NCBI GenBank assembly: GCA_009923445.1
Contig: RFTN01000004.1
Span: forward strand, 66,438 to 130,437
DNA from: a bacterium
GTDB taxonomy: Bacteria > Patescibacteriota > Saccharimonadia > Saccharimonadales > SZUA-47
Length of the DNA stretch: 64,000 nucleotides
Direction of reading: 5' to 3'
Shown here: one piece after another, positions 21,122 to 31,283 of the stretch
Numbering within the stretch: the first letter of the stretch is position 1
How the letters are laid out: each line of letters begins with the position of its first letter
Translations under genes and position numbers: made by a program
The notes under the pieces: generated by a model
What the model was told of the DNA's origin: nothing
Seen by the model: the letters and a program-made list of their open reading frames with translations, nothing else
Databases searched by the model: none

Positions 21122-21780
21122 TGAGTACTCCTACATATACAGCTACTGGTACAAAAGCCACAACATCTGCTAAGCTCGATGCCACAGTGTTCGGCCTAGA
21201 AGTTAAAAATCACGAACTATTAAAGCAGGCCTACCTAGCTCATGATGCAAACCAACGCCAAAACCTTGCAGTGACTAAAACTCGCGGTTTGGTATCGGGC
21301 GGTGGTAAAAAACCATGGAAGCAAAAGGGTACAGGCCGTGCTCGTTTTGGTAGCTCACGCGTGCCTATATGGCGCGGTGGTGGTGTCGTTTTTGGCCCTA
21401 CAGGTAATGAAAACTACACAATTAAACTGCACGCAACCGCAAAGCGAACAGCAATCCGCCAGGCCCTAAGCCTAAAGGCAGCTGCCGGCATCGTTAGTGT
21501 TATTGAAGACATTGATTTTAAAAACAACAAAACTGCAGAAGCAGTTAAACTACTCAGCGCTATAAAGGCTACCGGTAACGTTGTAATCGTAGTAGAACAA
21601 AAAACTCCAGAAGTTATACGTGCATTTGCTAACTTACAAAACGTCATGGTTTGTAACGCTGGATACATCTCTGTATACAACGTACTAAATGCTGATGCAA
21701 TTGTTATTACAAACAAAGCTTTGGCCGCATTACACACCCGCCTTGCTACTGCAAAAACAGCTGCTAAGGAGGCAAAATAA
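21121..21780 (+). CDS. rplD: 50S ribosomal protein uL4
   Basis: KPWKQKGTGRARFGS motif. Start overlaps the rplC stop. Confidence 0.95.
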   Translation: MSTPTYTATGTKATTSAKLDATVFGLEVKNHELLKQAYLAHDANQRQNLAVTKTRGLVSGGGKKPWKQKGTGRARFGSSRVPIWRGGGVVFGPTGNENYTIKLHATAKRTAIRQALSLKAAAGIVSVIEDIDFKNNKTAEAVKLLSAIKATGNVVIVVEQKTPEVIRAFANLQNVMVCNAGYISVYNVLNADAIVITNKALAALHTRLATAKTAAKEAK

Positions 21781-22130
21781 TGAGTAAATTTACTACAATC
21801 CGCCCACGTGTTAGCGAAAAAGCATATGCTATGTCACAAACAGGCGTGTATGTATTTATTGTTCCATCAAACGTTAACAAACTACAAATTGCAGAAGCAG
21901 TTACAGTGCAATTTAATGTACACGTTGTTTCTGTTAATACCATCAATCAAAAAGGTAAGGCAGTACGTTTTTACCGAGCTGGTAAGTTTGAAGACGGAAC
22001 ACGTTCCGACATGAAAAAAGCATATGTACGTTTAGTTAAGGGCGAATCGATCCCTATTTTTGCTGCCGCAGAAGAAGATAAAGAAACTAAGGTCGTAGCT
22101 AAAAAAGCGTCTAAGAAAGCGGAGAAATAG
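21780..22130 (+). CDS. rplW: 50S ribosomal protein uL23
   Basis: uL23-like core with a Lys/Glu-rich C-terminal extension, in the expected operon position. Confidence 0.9.
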   Translation: MSKFTTIRPRVSEKAYAMSQTGVYVFIVPSNVNKLQIAEAVTVQFNVHVVSVNTINQKGKAVRFYRAGKFEDGTRSDMKKAYVRLVKGESIPIFAAAEEDKETKVVAKKASKKAEK

Positions 22131-22132
22131 TC

Positions 22133-22969
22133 ATGGCCATAAAACAAATGAAACCTACTACACCAGCTAGACGCGGTATGACAAGCCAAGATATGAGCAC
22201 GATCACGACTAAAAAGCCGGTTCGTTCACTCACTTCTACTCACAAGATTACTTCAGGTCGTAACAACCAAGGTCGTATTACGACCCGCCACAAAGGTGGC
22301 GGCGTACGAAGAATGTACCGACATGTTAACTTTGATCTGGCAAAAGGTACAAGCGCTACTATCGAACACATCGAGTATGACCCAAACCGTAGTGCGCGTA
22401 TTATTCGTATCAAAGATACTAAGGGTGATTATCACTACAATTTAGCACCAGCTAATGCTCAAATTGGTCAAAAAATTCACAGTGGCGATGATGCGCCTGT
22501 CGAAACTGGTAACCGTTTAGCGCTTAAAAACATCCCTACAGGTGCAAGCATTTATGCTATAGAGCTTGAACCAGGTAAAGGTGCAAAACTAGTACGAAGT
22601 GCCGGTGCTAGTGCGCAGCTAATTGCTAAAGAAGGTACTTATGCGCAAGTACGTATGCCATCTGGCGAAGTACGTTTGATTCACGTAGAATGCATGGCAC
22701 ACATTGGTGTTGTGGGTAACGACCAACATCAAAACATTAAGTATGGTAAAGCTGGACGTATGCGCCGTAAGGGTATTCGCCCAACTGTACGTGGTGTTGT
22801 TATGAATGCCGTCGATCACCCTCACGGTGGTGGTGACGGTGGTCGTCACCGTATGGCGAGGGCTCCGGTCACGCCATGGGGTCAAAAGACCTTGGGCTAC
22901 AAGACTCGTACCCGTAAAACAACGAGCAAATTTATTGTTAAAAGCCGTCATGCGGCCAAGAGGAAGTAG
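22133..22969 (+). CDS. rplB: 50S ribosomal protein uL2
   Basis: GRNNQGRITTRHKGGG and MNAVDHPHGGG motifs. Confidence 0.97.
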   Translation: MAIKQMKPTTPARRGMTSQDMSTITTKKPVRSLTSTHKITSGRNNQGRITTRHKGGGVRRMYRHVNFDLAKGTSATIEHIEYDPNRSARIIRIKDTKGDYHYNLAPANAQIGQKIHSGDDAPVETGNRLALKNIPTGASIYAIELEPGKGAKLVRSAGASAQLIAKEGTYAQVRMPSGEVRLIHVECMAHIGVVGNDQHQNIKYGKAGRMRRKGIRPTVRGVVMNAVDHPHGGGDGGRHRMARAPVTPWGQKTLGYKTRTRKTTSKFIVKSRHAAKRK

Positions 22970-22981
22970 AAAGGTTAGTTT

Positions 22982-23257
22982 ATGAGTCGTTCACTGAAAA
23001 AAGGACCATTTATTGATCCAAAGCTCGCCAAAAAGGTTGAGGCTCTTGGCAATGATGACCGCACAATCATAAAGACATGGGCTAGGGCTTGTACTATTCC
23101 ACCAGAATTTGTTGGTCGTACTATTGCTGTGCATAACGGTAAAGTTCATGTGCCCGTATTTGTTACAGAAAATATGGTTGGTCATAAGCTGGGTGAGTTT
23201 AGTCCAACTCGTAAATTCCGTCGACACGGCGGTAAAATGGCTAAGGGAGGCAAATAA
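22982..23257 (+). CDS. rpsS: 30S ribosomal protein uS19
   Basis: [12 protein letters not shown]...[21 protein letters not shown]. Confidence 0.97.
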   Translation: MSRSLKKGPFIDPKLAKKVEALGNDDRTIIKTWARACTIPPEFVGRTIAVHNGKVHVPVFVTENMVGHKLGEFSPTRKFRRHGGKMAKGGK

Positions 23258-23259
23258 TC

Positions 23260-23652
23260 ATGCCGGTTAAAGCCTCAGCTAAAGGTGTTCGTATGAGCCC
23301 TCGCAAAGTACGCGAAGTTGCTGCTTTGGTTCGTGGTCGCAGTGTCGCCGATGCGTTGGTTATATTAAGCCATACTCCGCGCCGTGCTGCTACTCCTGTA
23401 CAAAAAGTTATTGCAAGTGCAAAAGCTAACGCAGAACATAACAACAACCTCAAACCAGATACGCTTGTTATAACCGAAATTAGCGTTACATCTGCTACTC
23501 GCATAAAGCGTTTTCGTCCAGCTGCACAAGGACGTGCACTGCCTTTTCAGCGTAAACTATCTCACATATTTGTAACAGTAGACGGCACGGAACGTAATAA
23601 GCCAGTAAAGGCAAATGTTGACGAGCCGAAAGAAAAGAAGGAGGCAAAATAA
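23260..23652 (+). CDS. rplV: 50S ribosomal protein uL22
   Basis: Typical uL22 N-terminus (SPRKVREVAALVRG) in the expected operon position. Confidence 0.93.
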   Translation: MPVKASAKGVRMSPRKVREVAALVRGRSVADALVILSHTPRRAATPVQKVIASAKANAEHNNNLKPDTLVITEISVTSATRIKRFRPAAQGRALPFQRKLSHIFVTVDGTERNKPVKANVDEPKEKKEAK

Positions 23653-24281
23653 TGGGCCAAAAAGTTAACCCAATAAGTATGCGCCTTCAAGTCAACAAAG
23701 ATTGGCGAAGTCGTTGGTTTGCAAGCAAACGAGATTACGCTAAGTTTTTGACCGATGATCTGCAGGTTCGCCGTATGATCGTCAAAAAGCTTGGTTCGCG
23801 CGCTGCTATTAACAAAGTAGATATTGAACGCTCACCCAACTTGGCCAGCGTCACAATTCAAACAGCCAAGGCCGGTGTTGTTATTGGTCGAGGCGGAACA
23901 GGCGCACAAGAACTTAAAGCTGCAATTGAAAAAATTTATGGCATGCCAGTTCGCGTAAACATCGAAGAAATTAAAAAGCCAGAAATGTATGCCAAGTTGG
24001 TTGCCGAAAACATTGCTCACCAACTCGAGCGTCGTATTGCGTTTAGGCGTGCAACAAAACAAGCTGCTGCAGCAACAATGCGTGCTGGAGCAAAAGGAAT
24101 ACGTATAGAAGTTTCTGGTCGTTTAAATGGTGCCGAAATGTCGCGCCGCGAAAAAACCGTTGAAGGCAGCGTGCCATTGCATACATTGCGAGCTGATATA
24201 GATTTTAACAGCGCGAAAGCACAAACAGCTGCTGGAGTCATTGGTGTTAAAGTATGGATTTATAAAGGGGAGCCACTGTAA
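23652..24281 (+). CDS. rpsC: 30S ribosomal protein uS3
   Basis: [12 protein letters not shown] and a KH domain (GVVIGRGG). Confidence 0.96.
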   Translation: MGQKVNPISMRLQVNKDWRSRWFASKRDYAKFLTDDLQVRRMIVKKLGSRAAINKVDIERSPNLASVTIQTAKAGVVIGRGGTGAQELKAAIEKIYGMPVRVNIEEIKKPEMYAKLVAENIAHQLERRIAFRRATKQAAAATMRAGAKGIRIEVSGRLNGAEMSRREKTVEGSVPLHTLRADIDFNSAKAQTAAGVIGVKVWIYKGEPL

Positions 24282-24694
24282 TGTTAATCCCATCACGAAC
24301 TAAGTTCCGCAAGGTACGTAAAGGCAAAAACCGTGGACCAGCTACAAGCTGCAACACGATTGCTTTTGGTGAATATGCTTTGCAGAGCCAAGAAAATGAG
24401 CGCATCACTAGCCGCCAAATTGAAGCAAGTCGTCAAGCAATGACTCGTTATATAAAGCGCGGTGGTAAAATTTGGATTCGCATATTCCCACATACACCTG
24501 TAACTCGTAAGCCACAAGATGTAAAAATGGGTAGCGGTAAGGGTAACCCAGAGTTTTTCGTTGCCAAAGTTCAGGCAGGCACCGTTTTGTTTGAAATGGG
24601 CGGTGTTACCGAAGAAATAGCGCGCGAAGCTATGCGCCTTGCTGGTCACAAATTACCAGTTAAGACGAAGTTTATTACAAAGGAGGCAAACTAA
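24281..24694 (+). CDS. rplP: 50S ribosomal protein uL16
   Basis: [11 protein letters not shown]...[11 protein letters not shown]. Confidence 0.96.
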   Translation: MLIPSRTKFRKVRKGKNRGPATSCNTIAFGEYALQSQENERITSRQIEASRQAMTRYIKRGGKIWIRIFPHTPVTRKPQDVKMGSGKGNPEFFVAKVQAGTVLFEMGGVTEEIAREAMRLAGHKLPVKTKFITKEAN

Positions 24695-24695
24695 C

Positions 24696-24896
24696 ATGAA
24701 AGTTGTTGAAATCCGTAAGCTTGATACGCCTGCATTGGCGCTTAAGTGCAATGAACTACGAGCAGAAATTATTGAAATGAGACGCCGTTTACACATGGGC
24801 GAAGTACAGAATACTCGCGCTATTCGTGGTAAGCGTAAAGATTTAGCACGTATTATGACTGTTATGAGCGAACAACTAAGTAAGGAGAACATGTAA
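24696..24896 (+). CDS. rpmC: 50S ribosomal protein uL29
   Basis: ATG 24696 follows AGGAGG. Sequence MKVVEIRKLDTPAL...LRAEIIEMRRRL. The longer track ORF from 24639 overlaps rplP and is rejected. Confidence 0.92.
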   Translation: MKVVEIRKLDTPALALKCNELRAEIIEMRRRLHMGEVQNTRAIRGKRKDLARIMTVMSEQLSKENM

Positions 24897-25189
24897 TGAG
24901 CCGCACACTTACCGGTACAGTTGTTTCGAATAAGGGTGATAAGACAATTGTTATCAGTATTCAAACACGCAAAACAAACCGCATATATAAAAAGCAGTAC
25001 AGTGTTACTACTAAATACATGGCGCATGATGAAAAAAACGAAGCAAATGTAGGCGATGTTGTAACTATTGTCGAAACACGACCAATTTCTGCACGTAAGC
25101 GATTTAGTCTTAAGACCATTAATACAAGAGCCGCAATTGCAGAAAACGACCGTGTCGAAAACGTAACTGACGTAAAGGACGAGGAGTAA
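24896..25189 (+). CDS. rpsQ: 30S ribosomal protein uS17
   Basis: [18 protein letters not shown]...[14 protein letters not shown]. Confidence 0.95.
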   Translation: MSRTLTGTVVSNKGDKTIVISIQTRKTNRIYKKQYSVTTKYMAHDEKNEANVGDVVTIVETRPISARKRFSLKTINTRAAIAENDRVENVTDVKDEE

Positions 25190-25193
25190 TACC

Positions 25194-25562
25194 ATGATAC
25201 AACAAGAATCTCGTCTAGCAGTTTGTGACAATAGTGGTGCTAAAGAAATACTTTGTATTCGTGTACTTGGTGGTACACGTCGTCGATATGCTCGTGTTGG
25301 TGATGTCATTGTTGCCACTGTTAAGCAAGCGAACCCTACGGGTCAAGTTAAGAGAAAGACTGTCGTTCGAGCAGTGATTGTCAGAACAAAACACGCTATT
25401 AATCGAAAAGACGGTACATCGATACGTTTTGACGACAATGCTGCGGTAATTATTGGTGACGATAAATTGCCAAAAGCAACTCGTATTTTTGGACCAGTTC
25501 CTCGTGAATTACGCGACCTTGGTTACGCTAAGATCATTAGCTTAGCACCGGAGGTACTATAA
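25194..25562 (+). CDS. rplN: 50S ribosomal protein uL14
   Basis: [27 protein letters not shown]. Confidence 0.97.
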   Translation: MIQQESRLAVCDNSGAKEILCIRVLGGTRRRYARVGDVIVATVKQANPTGQVKRKTVVRAVIVRTKHAINRKDGTSIRFDDNAAVIIGDDKLPKATRIFGPVPRELRDLGYAKIISLAPEVL

Positions 25563-25900
25563 TGAAGACTCAACCTACAGTGGTTAAAATCCGCATTAAA
25601 AAAGGTGATACCGTCGTGGTAATTGCTGGCGCCCAAAAAGGCAAAACTGGCAAGGTCGTTAAGACTCACCCACTACTAAACAAAGTAACCGTTGAAGGCA
25701 TTAACGTCGTTAAAAAGCACGTTAAACCAACACAGGCGAAGCCGCAAGGCGGCATTGTTGAACTAACAAAGCCTATTTGGGTAAGCAAAGTTGCTTTGCT
25801 TGAACCAACAAGCAAAAAACCAAGTCGCGTGCGTTTTGCATTCGATAAAAATGGTAACAAAGTACGCGAGTATGTTAGTACCGGAAAGGAAGTGAAATAA
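25562..25900 (+). CDS. rplX: 50S ribosomal protein uL24
   Basis: KOW motif IKKGDTVVVIAGAQKGKTGKV. Confidence 0.95.
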   Translation: MKTQPTVVKIRIKKGDTVVVIAGAQKGKTGKVVKTHPLLNKVTVEGINVVKKHVKPTQAKPQGGIVELTKPIWVSKVALLEPTSKKPSRVRFAFDKNGNKVREYVSTGKEVK

Positions 25901-26475
25901 TGGCTACTAAATCATCAACCGCAGTGTATGTACCGCGCTTAAAATCACTTTACCTTGCCGAGCGTGCAAACATACAAAAAGAGCTAGGGCTTACAAATGT
26001 TAATCAAGTGCCAAAACTTGAAAAAATTGTAGTTAACATTGGTCTTGGTAAAGCAAAAGACGATAAAAAATACATTGAAATTGCTACAAACACACTTCGC
26101 AAAATTACTGGTCAACAACCAATCGAGACAACTGCACGTATGTCTATAGCGACTTTTAAATTACGTGAAGGCAGCAAGATTGGCCTAAAAGTTACGCTTA
26201 GGGGTGACCGTATGTATGAAATGGCTGACCGCCTAATAGCGATTGTATTACCACGACTTCGTGACTTTCACGGCGTTAGTGCCAAAGCTTTTGATAAACA
26301 AGGAAACTATAGTCTTGGTTTAACTGATCAAACAGTGTTTCCAGAGCTTACGTTTGAAGAAACATCAAACCCACACGGAATGCAATTTGTGTTTGTAATT
26401 AAATCTAAGGGACCTGAGCATAGCAAGAAGTTGTTGCAATTGTTTGGAATGCCTTTTGAAAAGGGAGTTAAGTAG
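25900..26475 (+). CDS. rplE: 50S ribosomal protein uL5
   Basis: Typical uL5 sequence ([23 protein letters not shown]). Confidence 0.96.
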   Translation: MATKSSTAVYVPRLKSLYLAERANIQKELGLTNVNQVPKLEKIVVNIGLGKAKDDKKYIEIATNTLRKITGQQPIETTARMSIATFKLREGSKIGLKVTLRGDRMYEMADRLIAIVLPRLRDFHGVSAKAFDKQGNYSLGLTDQTVFPELTFEETSNPHGMQFVFVIKSKGPEHSKKLLQLFGMPFEKGVK

Positions 26476-26477
26476 AT

Positions 26478-26747
26478 ATGGCAAAGAAATCTATACTGGC
26501 TCGTGATGCAAAGCGAGCAAAAATGCACGCTCAGTACGCTGAAAAGCGTGCAGAGCTTAAGGCTGCAGGTGATTTAGAGGGCTTACATAAGCTACCTCGC
26601 AACTCATCTCCAACCCGTTTAAAGAACCGCTGTAGCGAAACAGGCCGTGGCCGCGCATACATGCGCCAATTCGGCCTAAGTCGTCTAAGTTTTCGTGAAC
26701 ATGCAAGCAAGGGTGAGATCCCTGGCGTAACTAAGGCTAGTTGGTAA
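26478..26747 (+). CDS. rpsN: 30S ribosomal protein uS14 (long, non-zinc-ribbon form, 89 aa)
   Basis: ...[34 protein letters not shown]. It lacks the CxxC pairs. Confidence 0.93.
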   Translation: MAKKSILARDAKRAKMHAQYAEKRAELKAAGDLEGLHKLPRNSSPTRLKNRCSETGRGRAYMRQFGLSRLSFREHASKGEIPGVTKASW

Positions 26748-26752
26748 TAAAT

Positions 26753-27139
26753 ATGATGGTTTCAACAGATCCAATTGCAGATATGCTTACTCGCGTTCGT
26801 AACGCAGTATTAGTTAACAAAGATTCAGTAACGCTTCCTCACAGTAATGTTAAAGAAGCAGTTGCTAAAATTCTAGCGGCCCACAAGTTTATTGGGTCAG
26901 TAGAGGTAGCGCAAGGTATCTCTGGCAAACAGCTTGTTTTAGGCGTTAATGGTGCGCAAGTCACCGAAATTAAGCGTCTAAGCAAACCAGGTCGCCGTAT
27001 GTATACAACCGCTGATGCTATTCCAACTGTAAAAGGCGGCCGTGGTGTCGTTGTAATCAGTACAAGTAAAGGCATAATGACCGGAAACGACGCAAAGAAG
27101 CAACGCCTTGGCGGTGAGCTAATTTGCCAAGTTTACTAA
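26753..27139 (+). CDS. rpsH: 30S ribosomal protein uS8
   Basis: DPIADMLTRVRNA. ATG 26753 is preferred over the TTG at 26741, which overlaps rpsN. Confidence 0.93.
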   Translation: MMVSTDPIADMLTRVRNAVLVNKDSVTLPHSNVKEAVAKILAAHKFIGSVEVAQGISGKQLVLGVNGAQVTEIKRLSKPGRRMYTTADAIPTVKGGRGVVVISTSKGIMTGNDAKKQRLGGELICQVY

Positions 27140-27154
27140 TAATAAGGAGCAATA

Positions 27155-27694
27155 ATGAGTCGTATAGGAAAACTACCAGTCAAAATACCTGCTGGCGTGA
27201 CAATTACTGTCGACAATGACAATGTCACTGTCACAAGTAGTAAAGGCACTCTGCAGCAGTTTATGATGCCCGGCATTAATGTTGAGGTTAATGGTGACCA
27301 ATTAGTTGTTAGTCGTCAAACTGAAGAACGTGAACATCGCAGCAAGCACGGCCTTATGCGCACACTTATCCAGAACATGGTTACCGGTGTGACAGATGGC
27401 TTTAAAAAGCAACTAGAAATTAACGGTGTTGGCTTTAGGGCTGCAGTACAGGGCACAAACTTAAAGATGAACCTAGGGTTCTCTCATGAAGTTGTGTATG
27501 CTATTCCTGTAGGTACTACCGTTACAGTCGAGCAAAACATTATTACCGTTTCAGGTATTAACAAACAACAAGTCGGCCAAGTTGCAGCTGAAATTCGTTC
27601 ATTTAAAAAGCCAGAGCCATATAAGGGCAAGGGTATTAAATATACTACCGAGCGCATTGTTCGTAAGAGTGGTAAGAGCGGAAAGGATAAATAA
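27155..27694 (+). CDS. rplF: 50S ribosomal protein uL6
   Basis: MSRIGKLPVKIPAGV. 179 aa. Confidence 0.96.
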   Translation: MSRIGKLPVKIPAGVTITVDNDNVTVTSSKGTLQQFMMPGINVEVNGDQLVVSRQTEEREHRSKHGLMRTLIQNMVTGVTDGFKKQLEINGVGFRAAVQGTNLKMNLGFSHEVVYAIPVGTTVTVEQNIITVSGINKQQVGQVAAEIRSFKKPEPYKGKGIKYTTERIVRKSGKSGKDK

Positions 27695-27696
27695 TC

Positions 27697-28053
27697 ATGA
27701 GTGAGTTAACTCGTAAACAATCTAACCGTACTCAACGTGCCCACCGCGTACGTGCAACCGTTACCGGTACATCAGAGCGTCCACGTTTGATGATTCGCAT
27801 TACAAATATGCATGTGAGTGCGCAAGTTATAAATGACGAAACGCAAAAAACATTAGTTGCTGCTACTACTGTCGGTAACAAAAAAGCTACAGGCACTTTA
27901 ACAGAAAAAGCTGCCGCTATAGGAACCGAAATTGCTAAAAAAGCCAAAACGGCTAAAGTAAGCAAGGTAGTATTAGACCGCGGTAGTCGCTTGTATCACG
28001 GCCGCGTAAAAGCTTTTGCAGATGCTGCCAGGGCGGAAGGATTGGAGTTTTAA
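27697..28053 (+). CDS. rplR: 50S ribosomal protein uL18
   Basis: ...[27 protein letters not shown]-like C-terminus. Confidence 0.95.
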   Translation: [118 protein letters not shown]

Positions 28054-28054
28054 T

Positions 28055-28594
28055 ATGGCAAGAGAACCACGAAATCAGACACCTCAAGAACCAAGTCCTT
28101 TTGACGAGCGCGTTATGCACGTTGACCGTGTTGCTCGCGTTGTAAAGGGCGGTCGCCGCTTTAGATTCCGTGCACTTGTTGTTGTGGGCGACCGCAAGCA
28201 CAGAGTTGGTATAGGAATAGCTAAAGGTGCAGATGTTACTGCAGCAGTAAGCAAGGCTACCGAAGTTGCTAAAAAGAACATGATTACTGTACCTGTTCTA
28301 GATGGCACGTTACCACACGAAGCAAGTGCTAAAGTTGGCGGTGCACACATTTTAATCAAACCAGCACGTGCCGGTACGGGTCTTATTGCCGGTGGTGTAG
28401 TACGTACAATTTTAGAAGTTGGTGGTGTATCAAACATTCTTTCTAAATCACTCGGATCAAGCAATAAAATTAACGTATCATATGCTACGCTTGACGCAAT
28501 TCGTGCTATGAAACCTAAAAATAACTGGGTTACTACTAAAAACGCAGCAGATGCTAAAAAAGCTGCTTCAACTGCCAAGAAAGCCGAGAAATAA
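28055..28594 (+). CDS. rpsE: 30S ribosomal protein uS5
   Basis: VDRVARVVKGGRRFRFRALVVVGD. ATG 28055 follows GGAG. The track start at 28016 overlaps rplR. Confidence 0.94.
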   Translation: MAREPRNQTPQEPSPFDERVMHVDRVARVVKGGRRFRFRALVVVGDRKHRVGIGIAKGADVTAAVSKATEVAKKNMITVPVLDGTLPHEASAKVGGAHILIKPARAGTGLIAGGVVRTILEVGGVSNILSKSLGSSNKINVSYATLDAIRAMKPKNNWVTTKNAADAKKAASTAKKAEK

Positions 28595-28596
28595 TA

Positions 28597-29058
28597 ATGA
28601 AATATAACGAACTAACACTCGATGCACATAAGCGCAAAAACCGCGTCGGTCGTGGTATTGCTGCTGGCCAGGGTAAAACCGCAGGTCGTGGTACTAAAGG
28701 CCAAGGTTCACGTACTGGTAAGGGTCGACGACCAGGCTTCGAAGGTGGTCAAAACCCACTTATGCAGCGAACACCTAAGCTACGCGGGTTTACACCTTTT
28801 TGGGATAAACCTTATACGCTAACTACCGATAAAGCTAACGCACTTGGTGGGGTAATTGATAACTTTACACTTTTTAATGCAGGTATTATAGATAACCCGT
28901 ATACGAGTGTTCGACTCGTAGTACGCGGTGAGATTACAAAAAAGCTTACTGTTAATGTACAGGCCGTAAGTGCTGGCGCAGTTACGCTCATTGAAAAAGC
29001 TGGTGGTACATATACAAAAACCCCGCTTCCTATGCGTACGACAAAAACAGGTAAATAA
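28597..29058 (+). CDS. rplO: 50S ribosomal protein uL15
   Basis: GRGIAAGQGKTAGRGTKGQ. It directly follows rpsE, with no rpmD between them. Confidence 0.95.
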   Translation: MKYNELTLDAHKRKNRVGRGIAAGQGKTAGRGTKGQGSRTGKGRRPGFEGGQNPLMQRTPKLRGFTPFWDKPYTLTTDKANALGGVIDNFTLFNAGIIDNPYTSVRLVVRGEITKKLTVNVQAVSAGAVTLIEKAGGTYTKTPLPMRTTKTGK

Positions 29059-29094
29059 CAGGGTTGATTTTACAACCAAGCGCGTATTGCCGCA

Positions 29095-29131
29095 AACTCC
29101 TCTTAGCTGATATAGTAAGAGGAGTTTTTTT
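29095..29131 (+). terminator. rho-independent terminator between rplO and secY
   Basis: AACTCCTCTTA (29095-29105) pairs with TAAGAGGAGTT (29116-29126), a perfect 11-bp stem, followed by a T run. Confidence 0.8.
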
Positions 29132-29157
29132 ATTACAGAAATGGACATGCATACATT

Positions 29158-30699
29158 ATGAACTGGAAGTTGATAGGTCGCTCACTTAAAAACGAAGATA
29201 TGCGAAAACGCTTACTCGCTGTTGCTGGTATGCTTTTGGTATTTAGACTACTGGCCCATATACCAATACCCATAGGTACTCCCGAAACACTTAAACAGGT
29301 TTTGGAGGGTTTGTTTACCGCAGCTAAAACAACGCAATTACTTGGCTTTTTAGATATTTTATCGGGTGGTGCGTTGGCGAATTTATCTATAATGCTCATA
29401 GGTCTTGGCCCGTATATAAATGCGTCAATTATAATGCAGCTGCTCACGCAAGCAATTCCAAAGCTCGAAGCGCTTAACAAAGAAGGCGAATTCGGACGTA
29501 AAAAAATAAACCAGTATACGCGTATGTTGGCTTTTCCTCTCGCTATAATTCAATCTATTGGCGCAGTTTATTTAGTTAGCCAAACCGCAAGTCCGTATGC
29601 TCCAAGTGGCAATATAGCTCAAACTGCAAGTATAGGGCAGTGGGTGTTGATGGTAGCTGCACTTACGGGTGGTTCTATGTTACTCATGTGGTTGGGTGAG
29701 CTTATTACCGAACAAGGATTAGGTAACGGTATCAGCCTTTTGATTACTGTTGGAATTGTTTCGCGTTTGCCAGCAACCATAGCAAGTTTAGCAACAAGTA
29801 TCTTTAGTGGTAAAAAAAATATCGAATTATTCGGTAAATCAATACCCGTTAGCACAGAATCTTTGCTCATTGCACTGGTAATTTTAGTAAGCGTTGTTAT
29901 AACAACTTACTTAGTTGTTAAGCTTAACGAAGCTTCCCGTAAAATAACCATACATTATGCAAAACGTGTACAGGGTAATAGAACCTACGGCGGTGTGACT
30001 ACAATATTGCCTGTTAAAGTTATTACAGCTGGTGTCGTGCCTATAATTTTTGCACTAGCATTCTTAAGCCTTCCAGAATTTTTAGGTCGTTTGTTGGCTA
30101 ATAATAGTAGCGCACGCTTAGTTGAGCTAGGTAATAAACTTGTAGTATGGTTTCAGACACCATCAGCTCAAACATTTGAGCAACCAGGGTTTACGCCATA
30201 CATTTACCCTATAGTTTATTTTGTGCTTATAATCATGTTTACATTCTTTTATACGGGCATAACTTTTAATAGCAAAGAAATAGCCGAAAATCTTCAAAAA
30301 CAAGGCGGTTTTATTGAAGGAGTGCGATCTGGTGTACAAACTCAAAAATATTTGCAAAAAGTTGTTGGTCGTTTAACATTATTCGGTTCATTTAGTCTGG
30401 GGTTGCTAGCACTTGCGCCAATTGTTGCCCAAGTATTTTTAAACACAAATATAAGTATTGGCGGTACCAGCGTTCTTATTTTGGTGGCGGTTTCAATTGA
30501 GACGTTGCGTCAAATTGAATCAAGGGCCTTAATGGTAACTTATGACGACTATAGCACGCCAGATTTCTTTTATGGTGCAGATACGCCAATACTTGCTGCG
30601 AGCGGTGCGCGCAGATTAAAATTTGGCGGAAGATTCACTCGACGCAGTAAAGACACTGGCGTAAAAGAGAAAAATAAACCCAAATCGACCAAAAAATAA
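29158..30699 (+). CDS. secY: preprotein translocase subunit SecY (513 aa, with a basic C-terminal extension)
   Basis: Ten-TM SecY pattern with GLGPYINASIIMQLL and GGTSVLILVAVSIETLRQIES. Confidence 0.95.
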   Translation: MNWKLIGRSLKNEDMRKRLLAVAGMLLVFRLLAHIPIPIGTPETLKQVLEGLFTAAKTTQLLGFLDILSGGALANLSIMLIGLGPYINASIIMQLLTQAIPKLEALNKEGEFGRKKINQYTRMLAFPLAIIQSIGAVYLVSQTASPYAPSGNIAQTASIGQWVLMVAALTGGSMLLMWLGELITEQGLGNGISLLITVGIVSRLPATIASLATSIFSGKKNIELFGKSIPVSTESLLIALVILVSVVITTYLVVKLNEASRKITIHYAKRVQGNRTYGGVTTILPVKVITAGVVPIIFALAFLSLPEFLGRLLANNSSARLVELGNKLVVWFQTPSAQTFEQPGFTPYIYPIVYFVLIIMFTFFYTGITFNSKEIAENLQKQGGFIEGVRSGVQTQKYLQKVVGRLTLFGSFSLGLLALAPIVAQVFLNTNISIGGTSVLILVAVSIETLRQIESRALMVTYDDYSTPDFFYGADTPILAASGARRLKFGGRFTRRSKDTGVKEKNKPKSTKK

Positions 30700-30700
30700 C

Positions 30701-30729
30701 TTGTTATACACAAGGTAACCTGTTATAAT
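30701..30729 (+). promoter_or_regulatory. candidate promoter for infA
   Basis: TTGTTA (30701-30706), 17-nt spacer, TATAAT (30724-30729). Confidence 0.5.
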
Positions 30730-30749
30730 TTAAAGTTGATATATAATTT

Positions 30750-30971
30750 ATGGTTAAAAACAAGGAAGTAATTGAACTAAGCGGCATAATTGTCGAGACC
30801 CTTCCGGGTACTCAGTTCAAAGTCGAACTTGAAAACGGTCATCAAATTATAGCTCATGTTGCCGGTAAAATGCGAAAACATTTTATTCGTATAGTTCCCG
30901 GTGACAGCGTTACGGTCGAGTTGACCCCTTACGATCTTACTAAGGGCAGAATCACCTATCGCAAAGCATAG
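30750..30971 (+). CDS. infA: translation initiation factor IF-1
   Basis: S1-like fold sequence [41 protein letters not shown]. Confidence 0.96.
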   Translation: MVKNKEVIELSGIIVETLPGTQFKVELENGHQIIAHVAGKMRKHFIRIVPGDSVTVELTPYDLTKGRITYRKA

Positions 30972-30972
30972 C

Positions 30973-31096
30973 CGTAACTTTGTATGGCAGCACATTTCGG
31001 CCGAATAGTTCCGTTTCGCACTCACTGTGCTTACAAGCACAGCTCGTTTACGTTACTAACTCTTCGAACCGAACTGCACTACCTTACAAAGTTACG
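30973..31096 (+). other. structured intergenic element (long-range inverted repeat enclosing internal hairpins)
   Basis: CGTAACTTTGTA (30973-30984) is the exact reverse complement of TACAAAGTTACG (31085-31096). Inside are the palindrome TTCGGCCGAA and the hairpin CTGTGC-TTACAA-GCACAG. Confidence 0.4.
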
Positions 31097-31163
31097 CGTT
31101 AGGCTGTAGAGTTTAATAATATAAGGCAGTGTGTCACCACACATAAAAGGAGTGATGATCCGC

Positions 31164-31280
31164 ATGAAAGTGCGTGCAAGTGTTAAAAAGATCAGCCCAG
31201 ACGATATCTTCGTAAGGCGCAAAGGTCGACTATACGTCATCAATAAGCTCAAACCAAAGCATAAGCAAAGGCAGGGTTAG
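31164..31280 (+). CDS. rpmJ: 50S ribosomal protein bL36 (Cys-free form, 38 aa)
   Basis: Below the ORF-track size cutoff. Hand translation [38 protein letters not shown], preceded by AAAGGAG. In the canonical position between infA and rpsM. Confidence 0.9.
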   Translation: MKVRASVKKISPDDIFVRRKGRLYVINKLKPKHKQRQG

Positions 31281-31283
31281 GGT

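Noticed and set aside
24653-25318. 221-aa minus-strand ORF.
   Set aside because: It is entirely antisense to rpmC, rpsQ and rplN, and the translation is low-complexity and Cys/Ser/Leu-rich. It is a shadow ORF.
28084-28578. 164-aa minus-strand ORF.
   Set aside because: It is antisense to the unmistakable rpsE gene. It is a shadow ORF.
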